Assembly: GCA_022813965.1 (NCBI GenBank)
Contig: JALDZS010000005.1
Location: 186,001-250,000, forward strand
Length of the DNA stretch: 64,000 nucleotides
DNA from: Toensbergia leucococca
Taxonomy: Eukaryota
Direction of reading: 5' to 3'
Each line of letters opens with the position of its first letter. Position 1 is the first letter of the stretch. The position numbers and the translations under genes are program-made. The notes beneath the pieces are model-generated. The model was not told the DNA's origin and ran no database searches. It saw only the letters and a list, made by a program, of their open reading frames with translations. Positions 39,814-51,513 of the stretch are shown in pieces.

Positions 39814-41375
39814 TCATCGACCTCCTTTGCGCTTCTCCCCATGTGCTAGTGCCGCCTGGCGCTCTTTGTAGAGCTTGCTGAGACGTTCCTTGTCCGGATC
39901 GTGAGCGGCTGTGAACGGGGTGCCGGTTTGAGCAAGGACGGCCGCGGCGTGGGCGTTCAGGGCGCGGATGATGGCGGGGTATTGGCCCGAGGAGTCGTGG
40001 GTATATGGCATGTCTGCGGTGCGTGGCTGTTGGCGGGGTTGTTGGGCCGTTTGTGCGGATGGAGGTTGGTGGCTTGGGGTAGCGATGGCGCGGTGGATGC
40101 GTCTTGGGAGAGGAGGCTGTTGCTCGGAGGCGGAGTAGAGGGGTTTGATATCGGCCCAGGTGCGGGCTGGGTGGCGGATTTGTGCGGATGGCTTTTGGGT
40201 GGTGTCTTGAGGGCGGTTGGTGGTGGTGGCGGAGGGGAGATTTGGGGTGGAGGTTGGGTTGTGGCGGATGCGCTTTGGAGGAGGTGGCATGGAGGAGGAG
40301 GAGGAAAGGGGGCTGATGTTGGCGAAGGAGCGCATGGTGCTTGTGTGGGGAGGAGATGGTGATGTCGAGGTGGATGGTGGCTTGATGTTGTCGCGGATGC
40401 GCTTTGAATGTTGATGTGGAGGAGATGGTTCGGCTGAGCTTGTTGTCGCCCCTATGATGTCGTCGTGGTCAGCGCTCACCCTATCCCCTATTTGGTCGCG
40501 ATGAAAATGAAACACCATGGAAGGTCTGTGAATGGCTGTTCACATGCGTCCTTCCTACACTGATAGGACGCACCTTCCGCTGCTGTATGATATGGGATAT
40601 CGGGAATGGTTCTGTTAAATTTCACTACCATGCTCAACAGCACCAGCAGAAGACGTGTCAATCTGCGGTTTCACACGTTGAATGGTCTGCCCTTTGGATG
40701 ACTGATTTAGACAAGAAAGGAGGAAGACGGGTGAGTGAACAGAACTTTGTCATTCATCGTCACCGCAGTGATGACGGTCCATAAAGTTTCCAGTGTTTCT
40801 AGTGGAGCCAGACAATAGAGTGATTGGAAAGGAATAAGCTTAACAAGATCGTCTCTCAATGATCCATTCATACTTTCTCAACCTTGTTTCTGCTTACCTT
40901 CTTCGTCCGTCTCTGCCTCCTCTTCTGTCTCTCTAGAATCATTCTCTGCTTCTGTCTCTCCAGAATCATTCTCCTCTTCAACAACAAATTCCACTTCCTC
41001 CACCTCATCTCCGTCCATCACTTTAATCCCTGTCTCCGTCCTCACTTATTCTTCAGTCAGCATGCACAGCCAGCGTCTTTATACTCTGGAGCTGTGCAAC
41101 ATACCAAGTGTGGCGCCCGGAGCTACCCTATCCATAACCTTTTTTACCTCATCTTCGTGCTGGGTGTACCATTGGTACCAAGATATGAGATTGAGGTTTT
41201 TTTTGATGTTTTGAGGCTTATTAGGATACCAGCAGGAGGGATGGGCGCGAGTTGGAAAGCCTACTGGTAGCGTCTTATGGCGTCGCCCACAATGGACGCC
41301 TAGCTCTGCAGGCCGAGAGATCCGTTCACGACATATCAAGCAAAAGAAAGGGGAAAGTGGTTTTTCATTAGCCAT
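39814..41375 (-). CDS. Putative orphan protein: single C2H2 finger, acidic segment, P/S/T-rich tail (about 351 aa in my model)
   Basis: Exon 41375-41105 (FFCLICRERISRPAELGVHCGRRH); intron 41104-41045 (GTATGT..GCTGAC..AAG); acidic exon 41044-40898; donor GTAAGC at 40897 is phase-compatible with acceptor GCTGAC..TAG at 40452, leading into the ORF ending at 39814. Confidence 0.5.
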
Positions 41376-41828
41376 GGCGCACCGATTCATCCAAGCAGCA
41401 GTTTTAGAGAATAGTATGATGTCTTGTTGCGAAGCAGTTGTGTCGTGTTTGGCGATGTGTGTGCTTGCTCTTTTGCTACTGGTGATGCTCAGTTTTGACG
41501 TGTGCGCCTTGGTGCTGCCCGTGGCAATTAGGTCTTAAGCGAATCTATACACAAACGCACGTCCCAAGTACTTGAGCAGAGATCACAAGCTGACTTGAGG
41601 ATCAGGTTGCAGAAACATCGTAGCACGATGTGCAGCATACGACAAACGATATCCATTAGGCAGACCTTGAGGGCGTCATAAGCAATATATCTTCATGAAG
41701 ATAGGAGAGCAAAGAATCTACAGTTTCTTTTAGGTGCGAAGAAAAGCGATACAAACATGCTACAGTATTCAAAGACTCTCCAAGCATCATCCTTCTGTAC
41801 AGGCTCCCGAGCTTCCCATCTCTGTAGA

Positions 41829-44528
41829 CTAATGAAACGGTGGAAGGTTAAGGTCTCCCGGGCGTCCTTCCAGAGGAAACAGTCTGTCCCACTCGAGCTG
41901 TGAAACCGTCAGAAATGCTTCTTCCATTACAAGAGGAGGATTAGCTACTAACCCAATCAATATCTGCCATGAGATCGTCACTCGTGGGCAGCGCGGTGGG
42001 GATACTCCCTTGGCTACTGCTGGTGTCGGAACTTCCCCTTGGAGCCTGAAGATGTGTTGGAGGGGCATAAAGAGCTTCTCCATCTGCGACACCATGGAAC
42101 TGGTAATCTGAAGCGTAAAAAGAAATCTGCGGCGGTGTCTTCAGGGACGAGGCGGGATCATATCTGCTCTTGAGTTTCGGCAAAGGTACCATTTGTCCCA
42201 GCCGCTCCAGCATACTCGTCGAGGCTCGTACTTTGCGTACATCTCGATATATGCCCATCTTATCTCGAGCCTCCGTCAAGATTAACCGCCCTTTTTCTTC
42301 CCTCGGCAGATGAGCGGGAACGTCGAAAACATAGTCTAGACATACCCATATGCGGTCCGCTTCTTTACGCATAGGGAAAGCGAAGACTTCAACAACCATT
42401 AGAAGTGCTGTATGATACTGTTGCATGGCTCCAAGATACCAACCCCACGGCTTCATGGCCTCGGAAGTTTCTAATTCGATTGAGGCCTCAAGTTGTCCAA
42501 TGCTTGACGTCAAGATAATTTGCCGCAATCGTTCTTCGCTTTGTTAGCAGTATTTCACGTACATCTAGGAGGGGGCCTCGCCTGGAATGGCCTGAGCCAC
42601 ACTGTTATGGTATCTATGCAGAACCATGATATGCATCTTCAAAGAGCAAATCTCGAAGATCAAGCGGCCACAATGCTGAATGGGTATATTGTCATCTATT
42701 AATGAGATGTACTTTGATCTCATAGTCCTTCGGAAATTCTCAATCTTGCCTAATAGAGCAGTAAGACTGATTTTTTTCTTCTCAAGGCGCGGTCGATCAA
42801 CCCAGACTACCCGTTGCATTTCAACGCATTCCAGGCGGATGAGTGTTGCTGTCATATCAGTCCATCTGTTGGCAGATTCAATTGGTGGAGGATTCCTTTC
42901 TAACTCAATGTCATCAACATTCAAAGGAAATTCAGTGTCAAAATCTTCCTTTCGCATTCCAGGTCTCGGACCCTGGGCTTCACAAGTCCGGAGATCAAGG
43001 AAGCACAGTTGGTACCAGATCATGCGGCGAACGTGGGTTTCGATGGCACCAAGTCCATACGCTGAGCCATCGCGATGAAGTCCCATACACTCTGCAATGC
43101 GGATAGCGGTTCCACAAAGAGCAGAGTGCGCCCTCGATATCTCATCCCGGCAAAGTGGTATCTACTCTAGATCAGACAAAAACTCAACAAGAGAGAGTTT
43201 AGACTAGTTCTGATATATTTGGAAAGTAAATGTCGCGTTAATCTCCGAGTCTGTTCCTGAGGGGAAGACGCAGACGGATTGGTACGATAGTCGTCGTAAA
43301 ATAAAAATATGATTTGCTATACTGAAGTTACTCACCATATACATAACAAATGCCTGCAAAGATTCAATTTTGGTGGTGCGAAGAATATTTGCACGGCCAA
43401 GAGCGGTCTCTGTTCCTCTCTGGAAATTGTCTATGAAGTTCTTTTTCCCCACTCCAAAATCCCGGAGGACCATGTCATCTGCCATACTTACGGCACCAGA
43501 AAACATGGCAGCGAAGGCCAATGCTTGCAAGGAGCCAGCAGGCTCGATTCCCATATAGACCTCGTCCCAGAAAGTAGCAAATCTCTTTTCAAACGAAGGT
43601 CGATGAACCAAGCGGGCGACAGGATGCACCGACGTCCAGTATTGGTGTAACAGCCTATCCGCAACGATCTTTGACGGGAGAAAATTAATCAGACTGGCCG
43701 CCGTACCCCCATTCGAGAACAAGAAGCCAGATGAAGGGGGGATATAGGTTGGTCCAGGAGCCAGGAACGAGTTCTGCGCTGCAAAGTGAGGAATTGGGAG
43801 CTCTGTCGAGAAAGTGTTCTCCGGAGTAGACAGCTGATTATTTCTTGCATCATTTAGAGTGACATCAAGCTATGCATGGTCAGTCATTTACTTGAGTGTA
43901 AGGATTAGATCACGGTGCCTACTTCTTCACTAATCTTGGGCCGGAAAAAACCTCCCAGTCTATCAGTCACTCTCAACCTACCCATTTGAACGCCCAGATC
44001 CATAAGATCGTCGTCAGCATCGTCGTCGTATACGGCGTCAGCGACTGCTAGTGGAGTGGGCTCAAGGTCTGCCTCATCTTCTGGTTCGGGAGCGAAGTCT
44101 ATTTCATCGCCGTCGCTCTCTGCTTTCAATGGACCACTGTTCCGCGCTCTCGCCGTCACTCCGTTCTTAGCCACGTCATGCTCAAGTTTCCTCTCTAAAG
44201 AGCCCATTTTCTCTTTCATTTCGGTCAATTTCAGCTGTGTTGAAGGGTCCATTGAAGGTGCTAGGAACACACAATCGCGAGTAGCCTTTGTACAGTTGGT
44301 ACACGGATGTAGCTTATCACATTTTAGCTTTCGCCTTCGGCATTCCAGACACGAGGTAATCATGCGATTGCGTCTTCGAACACGAGGAGTAGCCGGGGAG
44401 GAGGCCGCTGGAGACCCATTTTGAGCCCACGGGGGATGTCCATCTGGGGGGCGTGGTAGAGTGTCCTCGACTTCTGCATCAGGCATGAGACCGAGAGGCT
44501 TGCCCGTGCTGCCCAGGAAGTGTGACAT
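41829..44528 (-). CDS. Zn(II)2Cys6 transcription factor with fungal-specific TF middle domain
   Basis: RRRNRMITSCLECRRRKLKCDKLHPCTNCTKATRDC; YWTSVHPVARLVHRPSF; AECMGLHRDG..ETHVRRMIWYQLCFLD; several introns; last exon EWDRLFPLEGRPGDLNLPPFH*. Confidence 0.93.
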
Positions 44529-45101
44529 GGCAAGTCCGAATCCGATTCTTACGTGCGTAAAACTTACCCAAGAGGATTTCAGTGTCGAGGTGGGTTTCTT
44601 TTCGGGATATCCGTATTAGCAAAAAGATAGGGAAGTACGCCTATGGTTTCTGTTTGATCTAAATCGAGATTTTCGACCAATTTTTCTTCAAATATCATGA
44701 TTGAGACACGGGCAAAATTTGTTATGAAGTCATGATTACGAGGCTGCTTAGAATGCTGGACAGGAAGGGTTGAAAATGCAGCGAGCCTGGGAGTCATCCA
44801 GATTGTTGAGAGGTTGGTCCTCCTAATTAGAATAAGTTTACCTTGCATGAAGAGAATGGCTGCAATGTCTATTGCTTACCGGTACGAAGTGAAGAACAGA
44901 CGGGAGGCTGGACGTTGTTCGCTATGCAGATATTCCGTCAACCGTAGAAGGCAGGGTTGACCACAAATTGCGGGACGTTCCACAGTCACATTCTGCTTGG
45001 TAACGCGAACTACCTATTACATGAACAGTGGTAAATGGCTTGCCATCCTCAAGTCAATTCCATTGTTAATTTTCCAATAGACTCCAATCCAGCCGACTAC
45101 A

Positions 45102-45850
45102 ATGTCTCCACCAGCTACCGAAATCGCCATCTTTCCCCTCCAAGCCGGAGCCACAATCGAGGATCCATCTTCTCCCGCAGGCTCCATCTGGAAATCCATC
45201 CTCGATACCGTCGCCGCTCTAGATGGCTTCCAGCAAGCCTATTGGGGCCGCCAGATAGAAAATCCTACCATGCTCCAGATCGCCTTCAGTAAATAGCCCC
45301 AATAATCCGTCTCAAACTACAATCTACCACAATTTGGGCACCCACTAATTCTTTTACTCGTGTAGACTGGGACTCCGTTGAAGCTCACCAAAAGTTTATG
45401 GCTGATCCATCATACGGACCCTTTTTGAAACATTTCGGTTCCTTACTTGACGGATCGGGTTCAGTCTACCACGCCAACTTCACGCCACACCCACCTAAAG
45501 ATGTCTTCAGCAGCACCTCCTCCGCTGTCACTGAAATGGCTACTATGTATTTCCCCATCACTTTCTCGTCGGATGATCAATCTTCGTACACCGAATCATG
45601 CTCCAAGTTCATCAAAATTGTCACCGGCGCCGATGGCTGCACCGGAGCGGCCGCCGGGTGGGTTATTGAGGAATTGGAGCATACCAGTGTTGAGGGAAAG
45701 GCAAAGGCATTCATGTTGGTGATCGGGTGGGGAAGGGTGGAAGAACACATGGCCTTTCGAGAAACACAGGCGTTCAAAGAAAATATCCACTTTATGAGAA
45801 ATGGAGTGAAGAGTATGGAGATGCACCATGTCAAATATCAACTGCATTGA
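45102..45850 (+). CDS. Dimeric alpha/beta-barrel (ABM-like) protein
   Basis: MSPPATEIAIFPLQAG..GFQQAYWGRQIENP, intron ~45289-45366, WDSVEAHQKFM; second repeat VTEMATMYF..GWVIEE..IGWGRVEEHMAFRET. Confidence 0.85.
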
Positions 45851-46052
45851 AGTGCACAGTCTGTCATGCACGGGCTCCAGTACACTCCGTAGGGGTCTCA
45901 TGCCTGAAGAGCACCACCAGCATCATACAAACTATGACCGATCATTTCGACTTCTTTCTCGCCGGCTTGGGTTGCGACGTTGCACCAATCTTGGTGCTGT
46001 CCCTATCGCGCTATCAATTTCACATCCCAGTTTTTTGCGATAAGAAAGGAGC

Positions 46053-46863
46053 TCACGTTTTTTCCTCCGAACCTGCGCAAGACTGACCCGGCTTATGCTC
46101 ATGATACGCTGTACAAAGTAGAGCTTGATCCCTCCAAGGTGCAACCACCGGTTTGGCCTCCGCTCGCTTCAACTTCACCACCAAGTCTCTTAGGAATCGC
46201 TCATCCCTATCAAAATAAAGTCGTCAGCGCAGGCTCTATGGAAGAATTTAGGCATAAAAAACCTTACCAACTATCTTCATGCGTCTCTACCAAACGATCC
46301 GTCTTCTTGATCGCAAATAAATCCACAACCAATTTCCTCAAAGGTGTCGTCTCCTCAATCTCTTCATAGAGTACACGTGTATCATCCGGCGTCGGCACAC
46401 TGTTCGTGTCATCTGCCAAGGCTGCTATTGTATCCACAATCTTATTCTTAAGTGCCTGCACGCTAAGCGCATCTGCAAGAGCATACAGGCGTATCAAGCG
46501 GTAATAAGCCGGATGTGGAGGATTGAGGTCTTCATGAGTAAGAGTGCGAGTGTAAAGCCACTGGATAAAATACTCAAAGTCAAGTGGTCGGGCTTCAGGA
46601 AGATTGAGGATATCGGATGTGGACTCTTGGAACGAGTAATGTTTGTTGAAGGCGGCGGCGAAGAAGGGGGAAGAGTCGCAGAGCACTTCTTTGTGGACAG
46701 AGAAGGAATGAGCGGTGGGGCCGACGTTTACTGTGACGATGGTCTTGAAGAGGGATCTGAGCGGGCAAAGAGTTGCAGGAGTACACGATCTTTGTCGTAA
46801 CGGTGGGTCTCTCCGCGAAGGCACTTGGTGAGGGGTGCTGTTGGCGTTGGAGTTGCCCGGCAT
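46053..46863 (-). CDS. BTB/POZ domain protein
   Basis: IVTVNVG..FSVHKEVLCDSSPFFAAAF..FQES..LPE..FEYFIQWLYT..LYALADAL..LKN; intron ~46207-46267; last exon WDERFLRDLVVKL..CTAYHEHKPGQSCAGSEEKT*. The start may instead be upstream at 46959. Confidence 0.88.
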
Positions 46864-47486
46864 CCTAGGTGTAGGCGATGAAGATTCTGTGGACTGGAAA
46901 TTTTGTAGAGGTGTAGAGGAAGTGGAGGTGGTAGAAGATGAGCTTAGTAGAGGCATTATGCGGACGGCACAACGGAACAAGATATAACGAAGGTAGCGAG
47001 AGAAGGCGCGATGGAAGGCGCAATGTTGACATTTTAAGTAGAGACGCTTTGGGATTCATCGTCTGTGTCATGAATGTGTTATGGTGGATTGCTTGCCATC
47101 TTCACAGTCCACTTTCAGAGTCAAGGGCCAAACTTCACCAGGCATGATCAAGATAGTGACTGCAAACAAAGAATTCTGCAGTGTCATCTGCGGTCTGCTG
47201 GCAGTCATGCTTGCAGTGAATATCTGTGATGCAGAATGTTGTGATGTTCTCTGATGTCTGCTTTTAGCATTGTAAAATATTTCGCCTGCAAACAGCAAAG
47301 CGCATTCCAACGACACGGATATGAGGGAAGCGAGCATTATGAAGAAAATAGATATCATAAAGTACTAATGATCACGATAATGTTACTTTAATTGTATTGG
47401 GCAAGCATTAAAGTTATTTCCCTAAAAGCGCATACCACAAGACCTCTTAAAGAATTCCGTCTAGAGCCAGGATTTGCAGTCTGTAT

Positions 47487-49064
47487 TTAAATGCGATGCT
47501 TCTCGCTCTCTGAAAATTCACATAAGTATCGCACTCGTTCTCTAGCATAGTGTCACTCACCAAGTCTCGAATAAAGCATATATAACGCCATTTGGTTGCA
47601 CTCTTGCGTTCCGGTAATAGTAACAAGCCTCTCGTTGCTGTTGTCCTGCGGCTCGTTGATTTTGATTACACTTCCACTAAGTTGCCGAATTTCATTGATC
47701 TTTGCCCCTCCCTTTCCAATGATGGCTCCGACCATGTCATTTGGAATGAAAATCTGCTGGGTCAGCGGTTGGCCTGGGACCATTCCTTGGATTGGCTGGT
47801 TCGGTGGCCCTGCGTGGGGATTTTGCTGAGGGGGGTGGGCACCATGCTGTTGGGGTTGATGAGGTCCAGCACCAGCGTATCCTTGATGAGGGGAGCCACC
47901 ATAATGAACAGGTGCCTGAGCCTGTTGTTGAGGTGGCTGTCCATGGAGATATGGGACACCGTATGGGTTGGCGGGTGTCCGTTGTGGTTGGTTATTATGG
48001 CGCTTGAAATTATCCGGATGACCGTATTGACCGCCAGCAGGCTGGGGAACGTAGGGAACAACCTGCATGCCACCTGGCACGACACCAGCTGGTCCTCCAC
48101 TCCGTGTGGCATATGCTGATGCTGCTGGACCTCCAAAACGCTCAGTCAGCTGCTCGACAAGTGTTTGCCCAACATAATATGTAGCAATATGAACGGCATC
48201 CGCAACACCTAGCACCACCAGAGATCGTTCCGTCGAAAGAGGAAGACATGAATCTGAAGCATTCAACCGAGCACCAGAAGCCTCCTGGATTTCCCGAATG
48301 CGCACACCAGACTTTCCAATGATTGAGCCAATCAAAATATGGGGGACAAGCAGACGAAGTGGATAAGTCTTGGACTGAGGGGTAGACGCTGACTCGAGAG
48401 GCTCATTATTAAGGGTACGGATGATCAGACCGAAAGCCTGTTCATGTTAGTTATGCAACACCATGCGTACGAAAAGCAATACCTTGGCTGTCGCATCTAC
48501 CAATCCACTAACAGTCAGGATTCTTTCAACAGCGCCTCGAGAATAATCGCTGACGGTACACTTGGCGCCAGAGAATCGCCGAATCAAAGATACGTTCTCT
48601 CCACCCTTGCCGATGACTGTGGCGGCCTCCGCACTCGAAATAACTGCACGAACATGAATCCAACCGGTCTCGTCTTGATGCCCGTGATGCTGCGACGGCC
48701 CGTGCGAAGTGGCTCGGTCATGCTGGCCGCCTGTAGATTGAATTGGCTGAGTCTCCAAGACAGAAGCGGCAGAAGGAGCGGTTCCATTCGGAGCGTCAGG
48801 AACCACTGTGTCCCCTTGAATGTCTGTATGACCATTTTCAAGGGGACCATCATCGGGATCAAGTTTAACATCATCGATTGAGTCTACCGGCACTTCTGTA
48901 GGCTCAGGCTTGATGCTCTCGTCATCTAAGTCGTCTGATCTGACGATCTTGTCGAGAGCTGGGCGTTTTGCATCAGGTTGATCGGTGGGCCCAGAGGGAG
49001 ACGACTCATCGTCGAGGGGCCTCTTAGTAGAAGGTGTTGCGAATGCTGAAGGTGACGCGGACAT
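47487..49064 (-). CDS. PBP2: Triple-KH hnRNP K-like RNA-binding protein (Pbp2/Hek2/Rnc1 family)
   Basis: Three KH GxxG loops: VIGKGGENV, IIGKSGVRI, IIGKGGAKI. Two introns; ends LYSRLESEKHRI*. Confidence 0.9.
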
Positions 49065-49938
49065 TTTTCCTATTGATTAATGGTTTCCTAATAAGTTGAT
49101 CGGGAAAAGAATGTGGACTGGTGGGAGGTTTGATATCTTTGTATTGATCGCTTATGTACACCAGGGTGTTCGAATGAAAACGTGCTGGTGCAGAAGGTCG
49201 GTGGAGTAGACGCAGGGTATTCTGGAGTGGACGAAATGGAGACGTTGATGTGAGAGGATTCGGAGTTTGTGTTGCTGGGCAGTGAAGGAGTTGAGGTGAA
49301 GCGGTGAGAAGAGACTTTCTAGCTGGACGAGCAACAGGTACGGGAAGTATTGAGGTGGAAGTGGGAATGGAGCTGCCGATGTATGTGTAAGGTGATTCAA
49401 GAGTGAGAAGGTCTGGTGATGTTGGTGAGAGAACGCTGGGGGCTTGCCAGAGATGTGCTGAAAAGTAAAGACCTCCGTGAGATATCCCTCTGTCAAACCT
49501 CTGTAGGCTACAGTCTTGATAGACTTTCCTATGCGCGCAAGCAGTTCAACAATCTCCTCCAATCCAAGGTCGTGAAAGGGATTGGATTCTCAATAGACGT
49601 CGTGGAAAAATTGTTAAAGATAATAGGGAGGAAGGGTAAATGATGAGAATGGCAAGTGAAGAGGAGAGAAGGGTGTGCGGGATAACGGAACCAGCGCTAA
49701 CCCGAAATGGACAAGGAATATCACGTCCTCCAAATGAAGGCACGAGGCACTCGTACGCATACTTCTAATACAATGAACTGACACAACCTAAGGCTCTGCT
49801 ACTTCGAGGGAAGGGTACTTTGATTAGCTTGAAGGTGCTCACTCTGCTCGTGGAAGACTAATTCTGGCCGACTACCAATTCGGTACAGACACTTTCGGGA
49901 CATACCATGAGATAAACGCGTCCTTCACATAGAAAATA

Positions 49939-51054
49939 ATGGCCGACAAAGCTCGCGCCTTGGCAAATCTAAGAGAGTACGCAAATCGAATCAAAGAAAC
50001 GGTCTATGACACAGATTCTAGCCGTGGCAAGGGAGTACACGAGGCGAAGCTAGATGCAACTCTTCAATTTCTACAGGAACAAGTCAAGCAACAAGAAGCC
50101 GCTATTGAGAAGGTGTGCAGCTGACAATAACTTTGAACATACTGAATTGATTCGAATCTGCAGGTACAGGCAAATTCTTCTTTCAAAGCAATTGATGAAC
50201 CAGCCCAGGATCCCAAATCACGTCTTCATCAAATTCGTATTGTTACAGCAGCCTACAAGTCTCTCACATCTATTGAGCCAGATCTACCACCTGCAAATTC
50301 CGTGTTACCGGCGTTACTTGCTCTTCGCAATACTTTGAGCCTTGTTGAGCAAACGAAGATTTCAATCGCACTGAATCATGAGAATCTTTTGAAAGCGCGG
50401 GAGCGTCTTCATCAAGAACAAGCCGATCTGCGCGACGCAAACTTACTCTTAGACGCTCTACAAATGAGAGTCGAGAATGTTGAAATTGAGTACCAAGAAA
50501 AATCGCAGCAAGCTCCAGAAGAAGCCGCTAAAGGCTTGATACGCAAGCAGCAGCAGCGCAAGACGTCTTACGAGCAGGGAATGAAGCGATTGATTAGAGC
50601 ATTCAACAAATTCGTTGACGAGACTTTGAACAGAATGCTAGCAGTGGAAGAGCTTGGTGGGCCTGTCGTTGGCGACTTGATTGATATAGACGATGGAGTG
50701 ATAGAAGCAGGGTTCAACAATCAAGGTAAAGCGAAGAAGGTAAAACCTACAAGTAGTAATAAGGATACAAAGCGACAACAGCGCATCGACGAGATCTGGG
50801 GATCTCTGGATGAAGATGATGAGCCAGAGACAGAAAGGAGAAGTGAGAAAGAGGCAGCTGGAGCCGAGTTCCGGTCTTTGACAGAGGATCTACTCAACGC
50901 TGCTGCCGGTGATGAAGGATCGGGTACCTATGTGGATCTGCCACGAGACTCGGCAGCCGCAAGATTTCTGGTCCGGGCAAAGGTAGCACAATTTCATCCG
51001 CGAGATGCCAGAAGGCTACGGCTATTAGCATTTGGTCGAGAGCTGGACGAGTGA
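49939..51054 (+). CDS. Kinetochore protein CENP-K/Sim4-like
   Basis: Coiled-coil N-terminal half; intron 50113-50163; C-terminal FLVRAKVAQFHPRDARRLRLLAFG matches my recollection of the CENP-K C-terminal signature. Confidence 0.7.
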
Positions 51055-51513
51055 CCTCTGAAACATGGCATAGAAAGACTATATCATTTGTACTAATATG
51101 ATGACGTACGCTGCTCCCTACGCTGCTCCCAGCTGCATTTGGGCGGATCTTTGGGATCCGCATCTAAAGAGTACTCTCAATGTATTGCCAACGTGCTTAT
51201 CACCCCATCCTTTAGTGCAGCATTCGGAGAACAGATGCTTGATCGGTTATCCCATCTTACATGATATGGAAGACTCGAACTTTCTGACCAGGGAGCTTCG
51301 AGCAACACTGCCTTCAAGCATGTCCATGACGCAAAAGTGGTATCACTTAAGTCTGTCATTGAGATCAAAAGCTACGTTCTTGAACTCAGGACGCGGCAAA
51401 AAAGGTTGCTACGCGCTCCAGAGCGAGATGTATAGGTTGATAGCCATATCATAGGCTCGCAGCGCAAATCAGGCTCCAAAGCAGTTTATTCTGGACTACC
51501 CTACTTTTAGGGA

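Noticed and set aside
41829..46863. Zn2Cys6 TF, ABM protein and BTB protein as a secondary-metabolite cluster
   Set aside because: No backbone enzyme or transporter; flanked by housekeeping genes.
49916..49921. MCB element ACGCGT before the CENP-K-like gene
   Set aside because: Single hexamer only 18 bp from the ATG, probably in the 5' UTR; the same hexamer occurs elsewhere without cell-cycle context.
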